DNA of 64,000 nucleotides. Source: Anthoceros angustus (taxonomy: Eukaryota; Plantae; Anthocerotophyta). The first letter of the stretch is position 1. The number at the start of each line of letters is the position of its first letter. The notes beneath the pieces were generated by a model. That model was not told the origin of the DNA, made no database searches, and saw nothing but the letters and a program-made list of their open reading frames with translations. The position numbers were made by a program, and so were the translations under genes. This document shows positions 59,446 to 64,000 of this stretch, one piece after another. The stretch covers positions 930,001-994,000 of the forward strand of contig MU008174.1 of assembly GCA_010909165.1 (NCBI GenBank), in the 5' to 3' direction.

Positions 59446-62400
59446 AGCTCTTGCAAGTAGGCAAGGGACCCTCTAAAGTGTGCCCAAGGCTTGAGACCAA
59501 GAGAAGGGATTCAAGTCCAAGGAGAGGAGGAGAAGAAGCTGGAATGGGTTTTGCATCCAAGACGCAAAGAGGCCACATTTACCCTCTATGTCGTTATAGT
59601 CCTAGGATTCGATCCCAAGGGAATGGTGTTGTGTCAAGGTGTGCTAAATCTATGGATTCTAGACCTACCCCTGCCGCTCACTACCCCACCTTCTCAGCCC
59701 ACCCCGCCCAAACCCACCACTGCAGACTCGGCCACCGCAGTGGGTTCGGCCACCGTGGTAGACTCGGCCACCGTGGCGTCCCACCGCCTTGTGCCCTCGG
59801 CCACACGACACAAAATGCCAACGAATCGAGTCGTCGCATGGGTGCTCTCCGGTCACTTATTGCCATTGAGCGTGCCTCCCGCATTTAGTGCCCGAACTTC
59901 GCAATGTTGAACTGGCGTTAGCTGTCAAGGGAACAAGGATCTCCTCGATTTTCTCACTTCTCCTTTCGCCGAGTTCCTCTCATTCTTCATCTCGACGTTC
60001 CTCTTTCTCCCGCGATCGACTATTCATCCCTTCTTGCATCTTGCTCTATCTCCTGCCTTCAAAGTCCACGGCTCCTTTCCCACACCTTCCGCCTCACAAA
60101 CTCTTGTGCGCCTTCAAAATTTTCATGTGTTCTCCGCCAAGTAGAGCCAATACAAGATGCATAATCTCGGTCCAAAGACCACACGGACCCCAAAAGCTCC
60201 TGCTCGGCCACTTCTCCCCACTCCTCGATGGTCCGCTCGAGCTCCCATACCGCTGCCTCCTAATCCACTCCAAGACGCGCGATCTGGAGTCATCCCACCG
60301 ATCCGATCGTCTCATGTAAGCGGCATCATACGAGATGGGCGACTCGACACCAAGAGCGGAAAGCTGGGAATTCGTCCCCTTGGATCTTGGGAACGGCTCA
60401 AGTAGCCCGCCTGCTCGAAAGCACGTGTTCAAATGTTGTGCCCGACTAGAGTTTGGCTAACTATGGTTAGTTGCCCTAGGTTAGTCACCGCCTAACTAAC
60501 CTCTTGTTCTAGCTAGCGCCCTCGTGCTACGGCCACCATGTATGCGCCACGGCCTTCCGCCGAGATCACTTGGCTCGGTCACGGTGTCTACCATAGCCTG
60601 GCAATTGACTATGTCCTTCACGGCTGGAGCTTGCTCAATCCGCCGTGACACAAGCTATGACCTTCTATGTGTATGTTAGATAGGCCGTGCTAGGCTTAGT
60701 GTGCTAAGCGATGCTAGGTGATGCTAGGCGATGCTAGGCCGCACTAGGCTTAGTGTGCTAAGCGATGCTAGGTGATGCTAGGCGATGCTAGGCCGCACTA
60801 CGCTTAGTGTGCTAAGCGATGCTAGGTGATGCTAGGCGATGCTAGGCCGCACTAGGCTTAGTGTGCTAGGCGATGCAACGCTAGCTCTTGCAAGTAGGCA
60901 AGGGACCCTCTAAAGTGTGCCCAAGGCTTGAGACCAAGAGAAGGGATTCAAGTCCAAGGAGAGGAGGAGAAGAAGCACATGGAATGGGTTTTGCATCCGA
61001 AGACGCAAAGAGGCCACATTTACCCTCTATGTCGTTATAGTCCTAGGATTCGATCCCAAGGAATGGTGTTGTGTCAAGGTGTGCTAAATCTATGGATTCT
61101 AGACCTACCCCGTCACTACCCCACCTTCTCAGCCCACCCCGCCCAAACCCACCACCGTAGACTCGGCCACCGCAGTGGGTTCGGCCACCGTGGCGGGTCC
61201 CACCACGCCGCATGGAGTCTATTCACACCGGCTTCTCACGGACCTAGGGGCTATGGGCATACGGACACCTATATCGCCTCACTTTACTGGAATTTCGCGA
61301 TTCCACCACACGCCCACTCCTCTTACGCATTCCGATTTTCCCTCACACACCTCACAATCCCTCCCAACAAGACTCATCTACTCCTCGGAACCTTCCCTTC
61401 CAATGAACTCTCCTCGCCTCACGGGCCACAGACCCCTCCCTTGGGCCACAGACCCCTCCTTGGGCCACAGACCCCTCTCTCATGGAATGAACACACAGTG
61501 GCAGCGGTTGGAAAAGAGGATCAGAAGAAAACCCCGCTGCTTGGGCGATTCGCCTCCGCCTCACCTCACCGCAATTCCTACCTCTTTTTCCGGCCACGGC
61601 CACCTTCCGTTACCCCAGGCGTGGAGCTTGGCCACTCCGCCTCGACCATCCGAGATCTTCCGGCCTTCTTGTGACGAAGACGGCGCCAACCCGCTTGATG
61701 CGACGACGCCTCCAATCAACCCCACACGAAGGTTCGATACACGGAAGTTCACACCGAAATCGTCTGCCTTTGAGAGACACCCAAAGGGTCTCTTATACAT
61801 CCGGCCGTGGTCCAACATGACCACTTCTTAGTGTCTAAAATTGTAGCTCCTACCACGAGCGCCTTACCAATCTAAGCAACAACTTTACCGATGGAACTCC
61901 CTATCCTCGCTCGAAAAGGAAACCCCGGTCCTAGGCTATCGCGACTTCTAAAATCAGCGCCGCTCACTACCCCACCTCGCCTCGCCTCGCCACGGCCCAT
62001 GGGGACCCCTCTCGCCTCGGCCTCGCCCGATCCGAGCGATTTTCCCCACAACCTCCACCTCACTCACCGCCTGAGTTTCCTCGCGCCTTCCCGCGGACGT
62101 TGCGCGCCTGTGACCTCTATGTCCATTGTCCCGCCTCCTCCTGGACAACCATACCGTGCTCCTCCTCATTTGGACAACCATCATGTGCTCCTCCCTCCAT
62201 GCTCGCCTCGCTCATCTCTTCCAAAGACCACTTATGGAGGATAGGCGCCCGCTCCTACTCAAGGAACCATCGTAAACGCCTGTGGCGGTCAAGATGTCTG
62301 ACCCGGTGGTTTACGCCCCTCTGTCCCAACAACCACATACACGCTTAGAGTGAGCACCGCTCACCATGCGTGTGGCTGTGACATGAGCATCCTCATCCGG

Positions 62401-64000
62401 ACGCCGTAGCACAATACGCCTTCGATACACGGAAGTTCACACGAAATCGTCTTTGAGAGACACCCAAAGGGTCTCTTATACATCTGGCGTGGTCCAACAC
62501 GGCTCACTTCTCTTTAGTGTCTAAAATTGTAGCTCCTACCACGGCGCCTTACCAATCTAAGCAACATGACTCTCGGTGATGGAACTCCCTATCCTCGCTC
62601 GAAAAGGAAACCCCGGTCCTAGGCTATCGCGACTCCCTAAAATCAGCGCTGCCGCCTCCTCCTCGCCTCGCCCCTCGGCCCATGGGGACCCCTCTCGCTC
62701 TTGACCTCGCCTCGATCCGGCGATTTTCCCCACAACCTCCACCTCACTCTCCTTTGAATTTCCTCGCGCCTTCCAGCGGACGTTGCGCTGTGACCTCTAT
62801 GTCCATTGTCCGCTCCTCCTCATTTGGACAACCATCATGTGCTCCTCCCTCCATGCTCGCTGCGCCTCGCTCATCTCTTCCGGCACCACTTGCGGAGGAT
62901 AGGCGCCCGCTCCTACTCGAAGGAACCAGCAGTAGCGCTTTGTGGCGGTCAAGATGTCTGACCCGGTGGTTTACGCCCCTCTGTCCCAACAACCACATAC
63001 ACGTTTAGAGTGAGCACCGCTCACCATGCGACGGCGAGGACATGAGCATCCTCATCCGGACGCCGTAACTGTCCGCCCGATCTGAGGTCCTTACCCTCTC
63101 CTCCCGTGGACAATCTCGGGCCGCTGCTGATTCTCGGAGATCTGCCCTCCATCTGCGACACTGCTTGGTGACTTCCCCACCTCGCCTCGCCTCGCTCCAC
63201 GACGGTGGTTGGTTTAGCCACCGTGGTGGTTGCTTCCACGGTGGTTGCTTGGCTCGGTCACGGTGTCTACCATAGCACGGCAATTGACTATGTCCTTCAC
63301 TACCGGAGCTTGCTCAATCCGTGACACAAGCTATGACCTTCTATGTGTATGTTAGATAGGCTGCTAGGCTTAGTGTGCTAAGCGATGCCAGGTGATGCTA
63401 GGTGATGCTAGGCGCACTACGCAGTGTGCTAAGCGATGCTAGGTGATGCTAGGCGATGCTAGGCCGCACTACGCTTAGTGTGCTAAGCGATGCTAGGTGA
63501 TGCTAGGCGATGCTAGGCCGCACTAGGCTTAGTGTGCTAGGCGATGCAACGCTAGCTCTTTAAGCAAGTAGGCAAGGGACCCTCTAAAGTGTGCCCAAGG
63601 CTTGAGACCAAGAGAAGGGGATTCAAGTCCAAGGAGAGGAGGAGAAGAAGCCTGTGGAATGGGTTTTTGCATCCGAAGACGCAAAGAGGCCACATTTACC
63701 CTCTATGTCGTTATAGTCCTAGGATTCGATCCCAAGGGAATGGTGTTGTGTCAAGGTGTTCTGAATCTATGGATTCTAGACCTACCCGTCGCTCACTACC
63801 CCACCTTCTCCACCACCCAAACCCACCACCGTGGTAGACTCGGCCACCGTGGTGGTTGCTTCCACGGTGGTTGCTTCCCCACCTCGCCTCGGCCTTCGCG
63901 AGTCTATTCACACCGGCTTCTCACGGACCTAGGGGCTATGGGCATACGGACACCTATATCGCCTCACTTTACTGGAATTTCGCGATTCCACGCTTCCACT

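Larger units (their letters stand above)
58180..64000. repeat. Staggered tandem duplications of leader + LTR + satellite + GC-rich flank
   Basis: About 58180-59790 repeats at about 59790-61200; about 61650-62400 repeats at about 62400-63000; the LTR-end/satellite block appears a third time at about 63245-63850; 63900-64000 matches about 61215-61310. Confidence 0.85.

Noticed and set aside
59115-63555. CRISPR array
   Set aside because: Repeats are contiguous with no unique spacers, there are no cas genes, and the context is eukaryotic.

Overview
Eukaryotic plant nuclear DNA, most likely from a non-seed land plant such as a hornwort or fern. This is inferred from short 80-130 bp introns, GC-rich exons and a PLS-class PPR gene ending in a PGxSWW box. 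The window is dense in transposons. It holds three Ty1/Copia LTR elements (855-12424 +, 13186-20248 -, 27630-31635 -) and a 6.5-kb GGG..CCC DNA transposon resembling Sola2 that split the first Copia RT gene (4281-10791, TATA duplication) and carries an opposite-strand coiled-coil/RING-like gene. A Ty3/Gypsy chromovirus (about 50460-59084 -) sits nested in a larger, satellite-bearing LTR-like sequence. Host genes are: an At4g18810/UOS1-like NAD(P)-binding + CIA30 protein (21986-25412 -, with a partial 5' duplicate), a monofunctional class II ent-copalyl diphosphate synthase (32991-36769 -), an intronless AT-rich RING-H2 ORF (39811-40448 -), a PLS-E+ PPR editing-factor gene (41564-44875 +) and an F-box fragment (45015-45769 -). 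Many 0.3-1.8 kb 'jump-back' tandem duplications differ mostly by small indels, while the 3.3-kb single-copy PPR ORF is intact and CPS shows only one frame discordance. Much of the duplication and frameshifting may therefore be unpolished long-read assembly artefact. Coordinates were read by eye and may be off by a few bases; no database searches were run.
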